NCBI GenBank assembly: GCA_951406725.2 | Contig: OX597828.1 | Coordinates: 11,904,001-11,968,000, forward strand | Direction of reading: 5' to 3' | From: Octopus vulgaris | Lineage: Eukaryota | DNA: 64,000 nt | Shown: piece by piece, positions 1 through 12,630 of the stretch | Position numbering within the stretch: the stretch's first letter is position 1 | How the letters are laid out: each line of letters starts with the position of its first letter | Program-made: the position numbers and the translations under genes | The notes under the pieces: model-generated | The model's input: only the letters and a program-made list of their open reading frames with translations | The model's database searches: none | What the model was told of the DNA's origin: nothing

Positions 1-424
1 AATATCTTTTACTCTTAGCATTTTTGAGAAAAAAATTTATATTTACGAAGGTATTTCACGTCAAAGTTCTCGTATTTCGGTAATTTCAACCAATCAACGG
101 CGTCCTTTCAGCTGAATAAAATTGCTGCCGTTGTTTGTCAACAACAACTATCGGCGGTGTATTTTTCGTTTGTCACTGTTATTTATGACATCGTTCGTGC
201 GCTTGTACTGGTTTTAAGGTTTTAGGGCTAGGGTTTTAGGGTTAGGGTTAGGGTTGTCATAAATAACATTGACAAACGAAATATACATCGCCGGAAGTAG
301 TAATTTTATTCAGCTGAATACACGTCATTGATTGGTTGAAATTACCGAAATACGTGAATTTTGACGTGAAATAACTTTGTAAATATAAATTTTTCTCAAA
401 AATGCTAACAGTAAAATATATTTT
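1..424. mobile_element. Foldback/MITE-like element with ~190-bp inverted arms and a TTAGGG-containing loop (left end may lie outside the window)
   Basis: 16-46 TTAGCATTTTTGAGAAAAAAATTTATATTTAC vs 379-408 GTAAATATAAATTTTTCTCAAAAATGCTAA; 163-190 vs 255-282 are reverse complements. Confidence 0.75.
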
Positions 425-465
425 GTATGACACATCCTACCAGTGTCTGAAGTTTGAAAGTGTTC

Positions 466-503
<38 letters not shown>

Positions 504-933
504 CACATACTCACGCACATACGCTTTCTTTTTCTTCGTCTGCCCTTTTCTCCCCACCTATCTCTCCTCGCTTTTTTAACCGAATTCCCACCCGACAATA
601 CAACACCAACAACAGGTGAGATAACACGACACTTACAGTACATTGCCACTATATTGATGAAGCAGACACTTCACTCAAGATAAGAGTAAAGAAAGGAAAA
701 CTTATGTCTCTTTATATTCTGAGACCAAGTCCCGCCGAACTTGTCTTTACCCCCCCCCTTTTACGGTATCAATAAAAAATACCACTTATGCACTAATGTC
801 AATAAGATATTGCACTAACATCTAGTCCAAAATATGGTGCTTTGCATATTTTTCCGTTGGTTCTTTTATTCGTTTCAGCCATGTAGTTGCGGTCATGCTG
901 GAGCACCACTAATATTGGAATTCATTTTGTGTT

Positions 934-1170
934 ATATCTATTTCTTTACTACCCACAAGGGGCTAAACACAGAAGGGACAAACAAGGACAGACAAACGGA
1001 TTAAGTCGATTATATCGACACCAGTGCGTAACTGGTACTTATTTAATCGACCCAGAAAGGATGAAAGGCAAAGTCGACCTCGGCGGAATTTGAACTCAGA
1101 GCGTAACGGCAGACAAAATACGGCTACGCATTTCGCCCGGCGTGCTAACGTTTCTGCCAGCTCGCAGCCT
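934..1170 (-). mobile_element. tRNA-derived SINE family A
   Basis: Minus strand has A-box-like TGGCAGAAACGTTAG, B-box GAGTTCAAATTCC and a GACTTTGCCTTTCATCCTTTC...AAGTACCAG core; more than 15 copies in the window. Confidence 0.85.
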
Positions 1171-1200
1171 TATTTTGTACTATATTATGAATGTCATCTT

Positions 1201-1390
1201 AAGGCAGAAACAATAGCACGCCAAACAAAATATTTAGCATTATTTCTTCCGTATTTACAGAGTTCAAATTCCGCCGACGTCGACTTTGCCTTTCATCCAT
1301 TCTGTATCGATAAAATAAGTGCCCCTTGAGCACTAGGGTCGATGTAATTACTGAAGTAAGGGGGTAAGTGCCAAAATTTGAAACCAATAT
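1201..1390 (+). mobile_element. Degenerate SINE A
   Basis: GAGTTCAAATTCCGCCGACGTCGACTTTGCCTTTCATCC. Confidence 0.7.
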
Positions 1391-1541
1391 GCTGAATGCC
1401 ACAGAATCATTGATGCGACGAACAAAATACCTCATCGACTTTATTTAGCTAGGTCCTCTCTTTACTTTCTGATTTCAAATTTCGCTTGAATTGACTTTTC
1501 CTTTCTTCTTTCCGATATTCATACCAAGTAGTACCTGTAGT

Positions 1542-1931
1542 GGAGCCGCAATGGCCCAGTGGTTAGGGCAGCGGACTCGCGGTCATAAGATCGCGGTTTC
1601 GATTCCGAGACCGGGCGTTGTGAGTGTTTATTGGGTGAAAACACCTAAAGCTCCACGAGGCTCTGGCAGGGGATGGTGGTGATCCCTGCTGTACTCTTTC
1701 ACCACAACTTTCTCTCACTCTTTCTTCCTGTTTCTGTTGTACCTGTATTTCAAATGGCCGGCCTTTCTCTTTGCCACTCTCTTTGTCACGCTGAATATCC
1801 CCGAGAACTACGTTAAGGGTACACGTGTCTGTGGAGTGCTCAGCCACTTACACGTTAATTTCACGAGCAGGCTGTTCCGTTGATTCGGATCAACCGGAAC
1901 CCTCATCGTCGTAACCGACGGAGTGCTTCCA
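1542..1931 (+). mobile_element. Full-length tRNA-derived SINE family C with target-site duplication
   Basis: Head TGGCCCAGTGGTTAGGGCAGCGGACTCGCGG...GGTTTCGATTCC; AGTACCTGTA at 1530-1539 and 1932-1941; partial copies near 6700, 59840 and 63360. Confidence 0.85.
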
Positions 1932-2194
1932 AGTACCTGTAATGCAGTGCAGATCACTTTAATCATCTGTAGCATCCGCCGACATTTCTACCTATATGTC
2001 CATAGTAGAAATTATATGTGTGATATTAAATATTCATATCAGAAAATCAAATCTATTTCTTGCTTAGATTGTTGAACTTGTAGAAATACAACAATTAATA
2101 TAAATGAGTTTAATTGGTTACAGAAGTAAATGAGATCATTAACTTCATTAATGCTCTCAGAAGTAAATTAGATAACTATGGAAACTTTATAATT

Positions 2195-2381
2195 ATGGTT
2201 TCACATTTTGGCACAGGGCCAGCAATTTCGGGTGAGTGGGTATGTCGATTACAATGACTCCAGTGCTCAACTGGTACTCATTTTATCGGGCCCAAAAGGG
2301 ATGAAAAGCAAAGTCGACCTCGGTGGAATTTGAACTCAGAACCTCGATCGGGGTGCTAACGATCCTGCCAGCACGCCGCTT
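2195..2381 (-). mobile_element. SINE A, alternative tail
   Basis: Core AAAGTCGACCTCGGTGGAATTTGAACTCAG on the plus strand. Confidence 0.75.
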
Positions 2382-2910
2382 TGGGAAACTTTACAATAAT
2401 AAAATGCTTATGTAACATCAGCACTTAGATATATTAAACTAGAATAAACAATGAAATCTACTAGACGTTTACCATTGAATAGGCTTTTTAAGCAGGCGTT
2501 GGCGATTTTATCAGTTACATTTTTATTCTTATGATCCTTTGCGACCTCTGGCACAGCAAGCACAACACGCCAGGCTATTGTTAGTAATGTCATTGGATTT
2601 AATAGAGTAACAGATGAGATGATTAACCGTAGAACCTTTACTAAATAGCAAAATAGACACCAAAACCAGCACACACATACAACATGCTTAAAATAATTAA
2701 TGATATATTTACAATGAGTTTAAAGAAGAATATTGTTTAAATACTGCGCCGACGATTTTATCAATTATAACAATATTTCCACGAGCCTTCGTGACCTACT
2801 GCAAAGCGCACGAACAAAACACCATTAATCTTATTATTGTAATTGAATCTCATTGATAAGTAAATAACGAATTAGAGGTAGCAGTAGTAGATATATACTT
2901 ATCAGCTTTT

Positions 2911-3126
2911 AGTGTCCATTATAGTAAGATAACAGTCTGACGCTGTTTGGAGGAGGGGTTTGGAGGGTAAAGGAGGAGGTTGAAATAAAATAAAATAAAT
3001 CTATATTTTATTTTATTTCACCCTCCTCCTTTACTTTTCTAACCTCTCCCACTAACGGCGTTACCAACTTGTCTTATTATACTCTTACCATGTTGCCTGA
3101 GATACACCGATACAGTGTCCATTATA
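2911..3126. mobile_element. Small hairpin element flanked by a 13-bp direct repeat
   Basis: Arms ~2920-2997 and ~3003-3081 are inverted; AGTGTCCATTATA at 2911-2923 and 3114-3126. Confidence 0.55.
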
Positions 3127-3547
3127 TTTGCAAGCTTTCACGAAGTGGGAAAATGAGACAGTTGTTGATCTTCAGTTTGTTCCGCAATAAATTTTTTGTG
3201 AAGGCCCAAACTGAGATCTTGAAACCGATTGCTTGAAAAATGTGTTTGATAAAGAAGTGATGCTGCTAAAAATCTACGATATCTGATGCTGAAGTAAACT
3301 AACGAGTGCCAAATGAATCCATCAGTCCAATGCAGAGCACCCTGTAATAACTATGATGTTTTGACAACATTTTGGCTTAAGCAAGAGTTTTTCCTCTGCG
3401 ACATACTGAAGTGGAAGGCATTTACGTGTTCAACTACCTTTCAAACACATTTGTACTGCTCTTATATTTGTAATTTTCCCCTCGCTTCGCATACCTATTC
3501 GAGAATGCAATGTATGTTAAGCTCAAATCTATATAGGGTTGACGAAT

Positions 3548-3765
3548 ATTGGTTTCAGATTTTGACACAAGGTCAGCAATTTTGGGGGTCGAATGGTCGA
3601 TTACATCGACCCCAGTGTTCAACTGGTACCTATTTTATTGACACATAGAGGATGAAAAGCACAGCTGACCTCGGGAAAATTTGAACGCAGAAAATAATGA
3701 CGGACGAAATGCCGCTAAGCATTATTTGCCCAGTTTAGTAACGATTTTGCAGGTTAGCCGCCTTC
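3548..3765 (-). mobile_element. Degenerate SINE A
   Basis: Similarity to the other SINE A copies. Confidence 0.7.
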
Positions 3766-4001
3766 CAAGTGACAAGTATTGACCACAGGAATATTGACCA
3801 CAAAAATACTGATTACCATTTGTGTGGCAGAGTGATTATTTACAGAAAGCCATCTTATATGTATCTATCTAGAGATGATGTTACTAATAATTTGTTTATA
3901 TATCATAATTCGTCTATGTTTCACAATTACTATTTTTGTTAGGCGGAGGACAACAGACATTGTAACTTGCATTTATATATAACGGGTATTGTATCTGCAT
4001 A

Positions 4002-4514
4002 TACCATATATCCTCGAGTATAATCCGCATTTTTTCCCAAGATTTAAAGGTCAAAATACCTAGTGCGTACTATATACGAGGTTAAAAGGAAAATTATTTT
4101 CTAAGCAATGTTCGAGACACTATTTGCTGTCCGTCAATGCTTATTCAGACGTATTTTGTGATGTCTGGCGCAAAAATGCCTTAAGCTAAGCCTGAAAGCA
4201 ATGAAGTCATAAAAGAATCATCCATAACTTGCAATAAGCAACATTTATTAAACGTTATTACTGTTATTTCTTTATTTTTTGCAAACAAAATGCACAAAAA
4301 AGCTACACGTTTGCATTATGTTATATATACAATAATAATAAAGGACGTTACCGTATACAGTTTTACAAACCAAGGACGTTATATAGTCCTCTTTGACTCA
4401 AGTTAGAGAAGGGGTGCGTATTATACACAAGGTTTAGGTTTTCTGAGGTACAGCCCCCTAAAAATCCCCTGCGTATTATGCTCAAGGGCAGACTATACTC
4501 GAGGATTTACGGTA
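4002..4514. mobile_element. Tc1/mariner-pogo-type MITE
   Basis: TIRs TACCATATATCCTCGAGTATAATC / GACTATACTCGAGGATTTACGGTA with TA ends; subterminal TGCGTA(C/T)TAT...AGG repeats at ~4064, 4415 and 4470. Confidence 0.8.
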
Positions 4515-4596
4515 TACGTTTCATCTACATCGATGAACCTGCAGTCGACGTGAACTACCTATTTTAGGAATTTTCTTCTTCAAACTCGAGCTATGA

Positions 4597-4840
4597 TAAT
4601 CCTTTCTATTATAGGCACAAGAATGAACTTTGTGGGGAGGGCAATAGTCGATTACATCGGCCCCAGTACTTCACTGGTTCTTAATTTATCAACCCCGAAA
4701 GGATGAAAGGAAAAATCGACCTTGGCGGAATTTGAACTTAGAACATGGAGACAGACGAAATACCTATATCTTTACTACCCACAAGGAGCTAAACACAGAG
4801 TGGACAAACAAGGACAGACAAACGATTTAAGTCGATTTAC
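4597..4840 (-). mobile_element. SINE A dimer fragment
   Basis: Two units joined at GACGAAATACCTATATC (4754-4770). Confidence 0.75.
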
Positions 4841-5214
4841 TTAGTCTATTATAATGATATTCAAAGAACACTAAGCTATCGTAGACTTTCGAATTTAATT
4901 CTTCATAAACACTTAGATCGCAGTAGACATATATTCTTCAAACCATTTTAGAACAGTATCGGTTGCATTATTTGAACAAATTGACACAGAAGCTCCATAG
5001 GACATATTTACTGATACAACATGAGAGCCATAATGGTTTTACACGAGCTCTAAAGGTTTTGCATTAAGTACATACTCGAAAACGTATATATAGGGCCTTC
5101 CGAAGTGAATTTCTCACTCACCCATTTCATGAACAGCATTAACGTTTTCACAAATTATATAATCTAGAGAACTGTTTATTGCATTACATCTCATTATATC
5201 AGCCATTTCATTGT

Positions 5215-5281
5215 TGTTAGTGTTGTTGTTGTTGTTGTTGTTATTATTATAATTATTATTATCATTACTAGTGGTAGTAGC

Positions 5282-5352
<71 letters not shown>

Positions 5353-5374
5353 GAGCAGCGTAAAACCATGCAGT

Positions 5375-5405
<31 letters not shown>

Positions 5406-5510
5406 TATTACACAGATATATATGTATATATACATTACACAGATATATATGTATATATATACACACACACACTCACACATATAAATATATATATATATAT
5501 ATATGCCATA
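5215..5510. repeat. Compound (GTT)/(ATT)/(TAG)n and (TA)n microsatellite
   Basis: Direct reading. Confidence 0.95.
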
Positions 5511-6449
5511 ATATACATATATTAAAAGCCTCAGTATAGAATATATAACGTGGTGTACTTGATTTTGATAAATTACTTGAAAGGCACTTCATTTCAATTC
5601 CATAAAAATAGGTCACCCGTTTGTTCAAGTTTGTGTGAATATGAAATAAGTAAACAGCAAATTAAAAGTTTGACACTGGTAGAGTTAACAAAATATCTTA
5701 TTAGAAAGTGCAATAAATATTAACGGCATGTTCAACTATTAAACCATTTTATGATCTTAATATCCATTTAATACAATCGAAATACTCTATTGCACTAAAT
5801 TTCAAAGGAAAAAAAAAACATCTTTTTCCATCATATATATGTATACATAAATATCCAATAAAAAGGTTCTCGTTAGTTGGAATTGAGGAGAAACTGCACG
5901 CAACGTTTATGTCTACGAGTCTATGTGAAATTAAATTTGTTATATATATTATTTTCGAGAGTGGCAGATCTCATTACATTATATGGTTATATCTAAGTGT
6001 CAGTTATAGGAATATGTTTGTTTGTTAATGTGTATGTGCATGTCAGTGGATTTCTGCGAGGTTATATGCAACTGCAAAAGGAATGGGAGGCTGCAGCCAG
6101 CGTTGCCATGAGAAGCAAATGCGTTAGATTTGGTTCTAATATATTCACTTCAATGAAACCCAATAAGCTTCGCCAAAAACCGTTCCAGACTATATTCGCT
6201 GGAATGGCGACAAGAAGCTATGCTCTGTCTTTAAATGCAATCGTTTAACATAGAATGGCTATCAGACGCAGAGCTTTCTTATAATGGATTCTAAACTGTA
6301 GGCCTTGAATACACACAAGATGCAATCTATAATTTATTTCATATACTATTGGCTAGAATCCGTTCGACATATTATTTCCTAAATCCACTTCACAAGAACT
6401 AAATCTAAATTATTGGTTGGATGATCCTCCCCTTCAAAATATTAATATG

Positions 6450-6616
6450 CGGCCATGGTAGGGCCGAATGGATCGACCCAGTACTCTCATTTTAAGCATG
6501 GTACTTATTCTATCAGTCCCTTTCGCCAAACCATTAAATTGCATGGACATAAACATGCCAACACCGGTTGTAAAGCGCTGGTAGAGGACATACACTGACA
6601 CAAAAGGCACACATAC

Positions 6617-6658
<42 letters not shown>

Positions 6659-6690
6659 GACGGGCCCCTTTTCAGTTTTCGTCTACCAAA
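6450..6690 (-). mobile_element. Degenerate SINE family B
   Basis: Similar to the reverse complement of 10899-11305. Confidence 0.65.
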
Positions 6691-7244
6691 ACCTTGAGAA
6701 CAACATTAAAGATACGCATGTCCGTGGAGTGCTCAGCCACTTGCACGATGATAGTTTCATGATAAGGCTGTTCCGATGATTGGATCAACTAGAGATTTCG
6801 TCGCTGTAACCGACGGATGCCAATATCTGATCAGAGATGACGTTTACTGATAGAGAGGGAGAGAGATAGAGAGAGAAATGTTGGTAAAAGTATGCCGATG
6901 TCTTTAAAATAGGATCATAAGCCAAATTTCTTAAAAAAGTAAATGGAATCAAAGGAATTACTTCACATCATCGCCAAACAATTAATTTGTTAATTATAAT
7001 TAATAATTAAGACATTGACTACTAATTGATACGTATATATTCAGTATTACTAGACCACAAGTTTGTAAAAGGTAAATAAAATCGATCGAATGCGAACTGA
7101 ATATTTACTTGATGGTGCTAACCTTGGAGAAATGAAAAGCAAACTCAACTCCAACGAGATTTGAAAACAGATCGTGGAGGATTGACACTCCACGTTTTAT
7201 GCCTCTCAAACACGCCAATAATTAATTCTATTATATGAGAAAGC

Positions 7245-7434
7245 TTGGAATTGTGTGTAGGGTGTGTAGTTGATTAGATCGGCACATATGCTCAACTGGT
7301 ACCTATTTTATCGTCTGCGACAGATGAAAAGTGAAGTCGACCTCGACGGAATTTGAACTCAGAACGTAAAGACGGATGAAATGCCGCAAACCATTTTCCC
7401 CGGCGCGCTAACGATTCTGACAGCTCACCGCCTT
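7245..7434 (-). mobile_element. SINE A
   Basis: B box and core present. Confidence 0.75.
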
Positions 7435-7574
7435 CATTTACTCTAATAATTATTTCTGCTAGAAGAACAAGTCCTGAAATTTCGGGAAAAGGACTACTCA
7501 ATTTCATCGACCCCAGGGTTCAACAGATTAATTCAGGGTAAACCCTACCTTAAAATCCCTGATTACTCTGCCAT

Positions 7575-7915
7575 CCTCAATGCTTGAAAATCTACCCGCT
7601 TCCATTCAGTTTCATTACTCTTGCAACTCTCGTCCACCTTTTGATAAACACACTAGAAGGCAGCACCTCTCTGCCCTCACTTTTCTCTTCAAAAGATATT
7701 TGAAGTAATTGATAAGAGCTTGGCCAGATAGGAAAGTGCCTGTCTTCAAACTTTTCCGACGGGTCTACCACAGAGCTTCTTTTACCACAGCCACTAAGCA
7801 GAGAAATATCTGCCTTCCTATAACAAAGGAAAAGCTCATACATAGCTTGTGAAATTGATGAAAGAAGCAAAGGATAAAGCGAGTTTCTTGAGTAGCGGGA
7901 ACAATTTGAAGTCAC
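7575..7915 (-). pseudogene. Probable Tx1/L1-type LINE ORF2 C-terminal fragment
   Basis: Minus-strand frames give VVKEALW*TRRKSLKTGTFLSGQALINYFKYLLKRKVR and VFIKRWTRVARV, resembling L1/Tx1 ORF2 ends. Confidence 0.5.
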
Positions 7916-8599
7916 TTATTAACTCTTTCATTGCCAACAGGAAACTATCAATGTAAAAAACCTTCAGTTGTCTCATTCTTATTTTCAAAATATTTCTCCT
8001 CTTCTTTCTATGAAGTAATTCTCATTGGATTTTTCGTGAAAAAGAAAGAAGCACACTTGATTAAAACAAGCAAATTTGGAAATGCATCTCGATTTTTATA
8101 TTAAGAATGGCTTAGTTATATTTATAAAGGACGTATTTGTTGTTCAATATTACATTTGTAATTGCGACGAAAAAGCAATTCCAAACTTTAATTCGTCCTA
8201 CTAATTGAAACTAATTCTAACAATATTAATATCACATCATTTCCCAGGGCGGTTGATAAAATAAACAGCAAAAAATTATTACAGAAAGAAGAACATAAAA
8301 TGGAAAACTGAAAATTGAGTTTCTTGGTGATACAAAACCAGAAATAATTTTTAAAAGTATATGAAATAATGTAGAACGGAACAAAGAATTCATGTTTACG
8401 TTAGTTTATTTCAAATAAATATGAATGCTGATATAAAACCCTCAAACATCTAAGAACAAAATACCAGTAACAAGTGGCACCGAAGAATATTAGCTTGTCC
8501 ATCTTATTTAGATCTGTCCTATTCATATGAAAGTTAAAATTGATACTTAGTTTCAATATCATATGTTTCTATGTATATATGTGTGTGTACATACGTATG

Positions 8600-9736
8600 T
8601 GACTTGGTTCACAATTTCTTTCTTAGCCCCACCTCTCATCCTGGCTCATTCCCCTGCTCCCGCCCATGCGTCCGCACTTACCCCTATCTCTCCAACACCA
8701 CCATCCACACAGGCACCCATCATCGTCCCTATCATATCACTGACTCCTTACCCGCACTTCTAGCAACGTCAATTTCTGCATCCCCTGCTCTTTCTGATTA
8801 GCTGACCGGTTCACGAAGCACCTCCGAGACATTAAACTCAGCAATGACAGCCCGGTCTCGCGCCATTTCTACTCTACTGGTCATTTATTACAACACCTGT
8901 CTGTGTTTGGATTGTCTTTGCACAGGGGCCATCCGGATTTCGCCTTCGCCGTGAACAGGGATTAATCTTCTCTCTTCGCTCCTTTGCATCACAAGGAATC
9001 AAATCTCCTCTCCTCTTCATCTGACACCCTCCTCTCCTCTTCATATGCCACCTACTTCTTCTCCTCACTCTCACCCACCTCTCCTCTCTTGCCCTGACCC
9101 CTACTTCCTCTGTTCACTCCAACCCATCTTCTCCCTTCATTGATGCCCCTCCATCCACACCCCACCACCACACATCGTACTCCCACATATCCCACTCTTA
9201 CCCTCACATCTCCACCCCCACATCCTCACCCCCAACCTCGCACCCCACCATCATATCCCCATACCTTAAAACTGCTACATCACGCCATCACCACACCACC
9301 AAACGATATCACAACACCCCAGATCACTCCGCACACAAGAGCACTGACCACTTCCCAGCACACACACCATCATCCACACACTCACACATTACAGTCGTAC
9401 ACACACATAAAAGTCACCAGCCCCTAATCCACACGCACATACTTAGACACTCTCACATACACACGCACGAGCACCACCGCTTTGGGATCACTAGTACTTT
9501 ATTATCTCCTCTTCTTCCTGGCTCTCCTGTCCAACTATACTTGTCCAACCAGTCGCCATGATTGACTGCTAAATCCAAAAGTATTTTTTTCTCTCTGTTT
9601 ATTTCATCGTGTTCCTTTCTGTTGAAGTGCGTAAACTCGAAACGTAAAATGCTTCTCACATTCCCGAGCGTCAAACTAATACACCTGCTTGTTGTTTATG
9701 CAACTGTCTTCGTCCTTTGTTTTTTCTGTAAATTTC

Positions 9737-9740
<4 letters not shown>
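8600..9740 (+). mobile_element. Penelope-like element 3' fragment: degenerate GIY-YIG C-terminus, C-rich UTR and terminal repeat with hammerhead-like motif
   Basis: ~8799-9025 reads LADRFTKHLRDIKLSNDSPVSRHF..TGHLLQHLSVFGL..RLRREQGLIFSL..QGIK across frameshifts; CTGTTGA...GAAACGTA at 9619-9646; ends in (TA)n. Confidence 0.7.
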
Positions 9741-9792
<52 letters not shown>

Positions 9793-10185
9793 GATATAAA
9801 AGGATAGAATCAGGTACAACATATTCGTGAGCTGCCGGTCGTGGGGAGATTTTCGCTGCGGAAATAACGCAAAAAGATATTACTCCTTACTGTCTAATAT
9901 GTGAAAATGCATGAATGAACTTAGATGTCAAGGCGTATGCATTTCTGCATATTTGTAAGTCCTCGTCACAGTCACGAAAACCGAATTTGAGTTCAGAACC
10001 CTATATGAAGAATAATTCTTATTCACAGCAACACTACAGAGTACGTTTACTGATGTGTTTAACACTTGGATTTGATTAGCCGGTGGCACGCAAAGCAATG
10101 TCTGATAAAATATAACCGGCTACAACCATATTTAATACGATGCGATACAGTGACATGCTAAGATCTTTCACTGCAGAAATAGTCT

Positions 10186-10681
10186 CTCATTTAATCCTTT
10201 TTTCCCCTTGTGGAGCATAGGGCCTCGATAGTAGTTTTCCACTTTTTGCGGTCATTGGCATGTTTCTTGGCTGCTTTCCATGTCAGGTTGGTGGTTCTGA
10301 GCTCATCCAAAATGCTCAACTTCCATGTCTGCTTCGGGCGTCCTCGCTTCCTTTTCTCCCCTGCGGGTTTCATTCAAGTGCTTGTCAGGTCATATTTGAG
10401 GGTTCTTTCCTCAGTGTGTGTCTCATCTATCTCCATTTCCTTCGTCTAATCTGAACATGTATGGGCTCCTGGTTGGCCCTTTTCCACATGTCGGTGTTTG
10501 GCACTCTGTCGAACTGCTTCAGATGGAGGATCTGCCGGAGACTTTTGTTGATGAAGGTCTGGATCTTCATGTAGTTGCTGCATGTGGCTCTCTATGTTTC
10601 AGAGCCATACAAAAGCACAGATTTTACTTTTGAACTAAATAAGCGGAGTTTAGTTTGAGTTAAGATGGCAGTGGACTTCCG
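10186..10681 (-). mobile_element. 5'-truncated RTE-clade LINE with TSD
   Basis: SKVKSVLLYGSET, IQTFINKSLRQIL and KRKRGRPKQTW...ALCS; TSD GAAATAGTCT at 10176-10185 and 10682-10691. Confidence 0.85.
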
Positions 10682-10898
10682 GAAATAGTCTAAGAACAAG
10701 ATAAAAACATACGGGTGCTTTCTGCCTGAGTGCGCGCAGCGAGCAAGGATTGACGCATTTCTAACGATTCAATGACCTCATTCAAAGCCCAATGTGTTTA
10801 AAGATATCCGAGGATGCACTTGGTTCCCACATCCGAGTGTACACGATTATATTTTATTCGACCTTGCTTCGTACGACACTTATATATATATATACATA

Positions 10899-11305
10899 GG
10901 CGCAGGAGTGGCTGTGTGGTAAGTAGCTTGCTTACCAACCACATGGTCCCGGGTTCAGTCCCACTGCGTGGCATCTTGGGAAAGTGTCTTCTACTATAGC
11001 CTCGGGCCGACCAAAGCCATGTGAGTGGATTTGGTAGACGGAAACTGAAAAGAAGCCTGTCGTATATATGTATATATATATATGCGTGTGTGTGTTTGTC
11101 CCACTAGCATTGCTTGACAACCGATGCTGGTGTGTTTATGTCCCCGTTACTTAGCGGTTCGGCAAAAGAGACCGATAGAATAAGTACTGGGCTTACAAAT
11201 GAATAAGTCCCGGGGTCGAGTTGCTCGATTAAAGGCGGTGTTCCAGCATGGCCGCAGTCAAATGACTGAAACAAGTAAAAGAGTAAAAGAGAGAGAGTAA
11301 AAGAG
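10899..11305 (+). mobile_element. Full-length tRNA-derived SINE family B (CORE-like) with internal TA/TG microsatellite
   Basis: TGGCTGTGTGGTAAG A box, GGTTCAGTCCC B box, CTTGGGAAAGTG core, 3' GGCGGTG..CCAGCATGGCCGCAGTC and a GTAAAAGA tail. Confidence 0.85.
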
Positions 11306-12394
11306 TACATGTACATATGCACATATACATACATAAACATATATATATTTACATGTATGTATGTATGTATACATGCATTTATGTATGCATGTATATGCAT
11401 GTATATATGCATGTATATACATGTATATACATGCATGTATTTTATAACAACAATGGATTTTAATTTTCGTAAAATGCCATTTTATAATGCTATTTTTACT
11501 CAAGAAATAAGGAACTGCCTCGCCAGAAAATTTGGAATCGACAAAACACATGCTTCCGCAATATTCAAAATTACCAAAAATTGTTTCCACAGAATATTAA
11601 CAAACATAACACGTTTTTGGCGAGGATTATCCTAAGAATGTCCAATATTCCCAATTTCACATATACTATTCAAATATAATGCCAACGTTTTTATGTCTCA
11701 TGTTTTAGAGTGACAGAGCTTAGAACAAAGAATAATACAGAAAATTCAGAATTTCAGTGACATATATTTGACTCCCAAGAACCATAAATTTCAACGTCAG
11801 TTGGAAAACTTTGAAATATGCGAAAGCATACGAACAACATTCAAGGTTGTTTTATTTATGTTTCACTGAAAAGCTAGAATTTTTTTTTACAATTCCTGAT
11901 ATATATCTTGAACAGAATTTTCAAACCAAAATTTTTTTGGTTTGAAAATTCTAGAATCATATTTGTCAGAATATGATTCTTGATATTAGATCATATTTAT
12001 CTAAAATTAATAGAATACTAGACCGTTAGCTACGTATTTACATCACAGTCGTTTTCTAAAGGAAATTTACCCTTACAATGACTGGGCTTACCCCTTTATT
12101 CGTATTATCTGCTGCTTACATATATAATGATAAGTGTATTATACTTCGCAAAATGTTATACTGTTATAAAGGTTTATAATCAACTCTCATCTTTGAAACT
12201 ATACATTCTAATCTTACCCACTTTATCATTCTACCCCCGTCACATACTCCTGTAGTTCCTCTCTCTGCACCCATCCTTTTTCACTCTTCTGCCCCAGCAT
12301 AGCTACAGCTCGTGAGCTGATACTAGATAAAAAAATAAAATAAATATGTATGTATTTTATCGTTTGGAGAAATTAGTGTGTGGTTGGAGGGGCG

Positions 12395-12630
12395 TGAATG
12401 TGTGTACACGCGCGCGTGTGTATGTACGTATGCATGTATGTTTGTATATATGTATGCATGCATATATTTATGCATTCATGTATGTATGTATACATGCATG
12501 TATGTATACATGCATGTATGTATACATGCATGTATGTATACATGCATGTATGTATACATGCATGTATGTATACATGCATGTATGTATGCATGCATGTATG
12601 TATGCATGCGTGTATATATACACGTATGTT
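12395..12630. repeat. TGCATGTATGTATACA 16-bp minisatellite
   Basis: Direct reading. Confidence 0.85.

Noticed and set aside
1542-1615. Possible tRNA gene (and other tRNA-like heads)
   Set aside because: It continues into a repeated body with a TSD, so it is a SINE head
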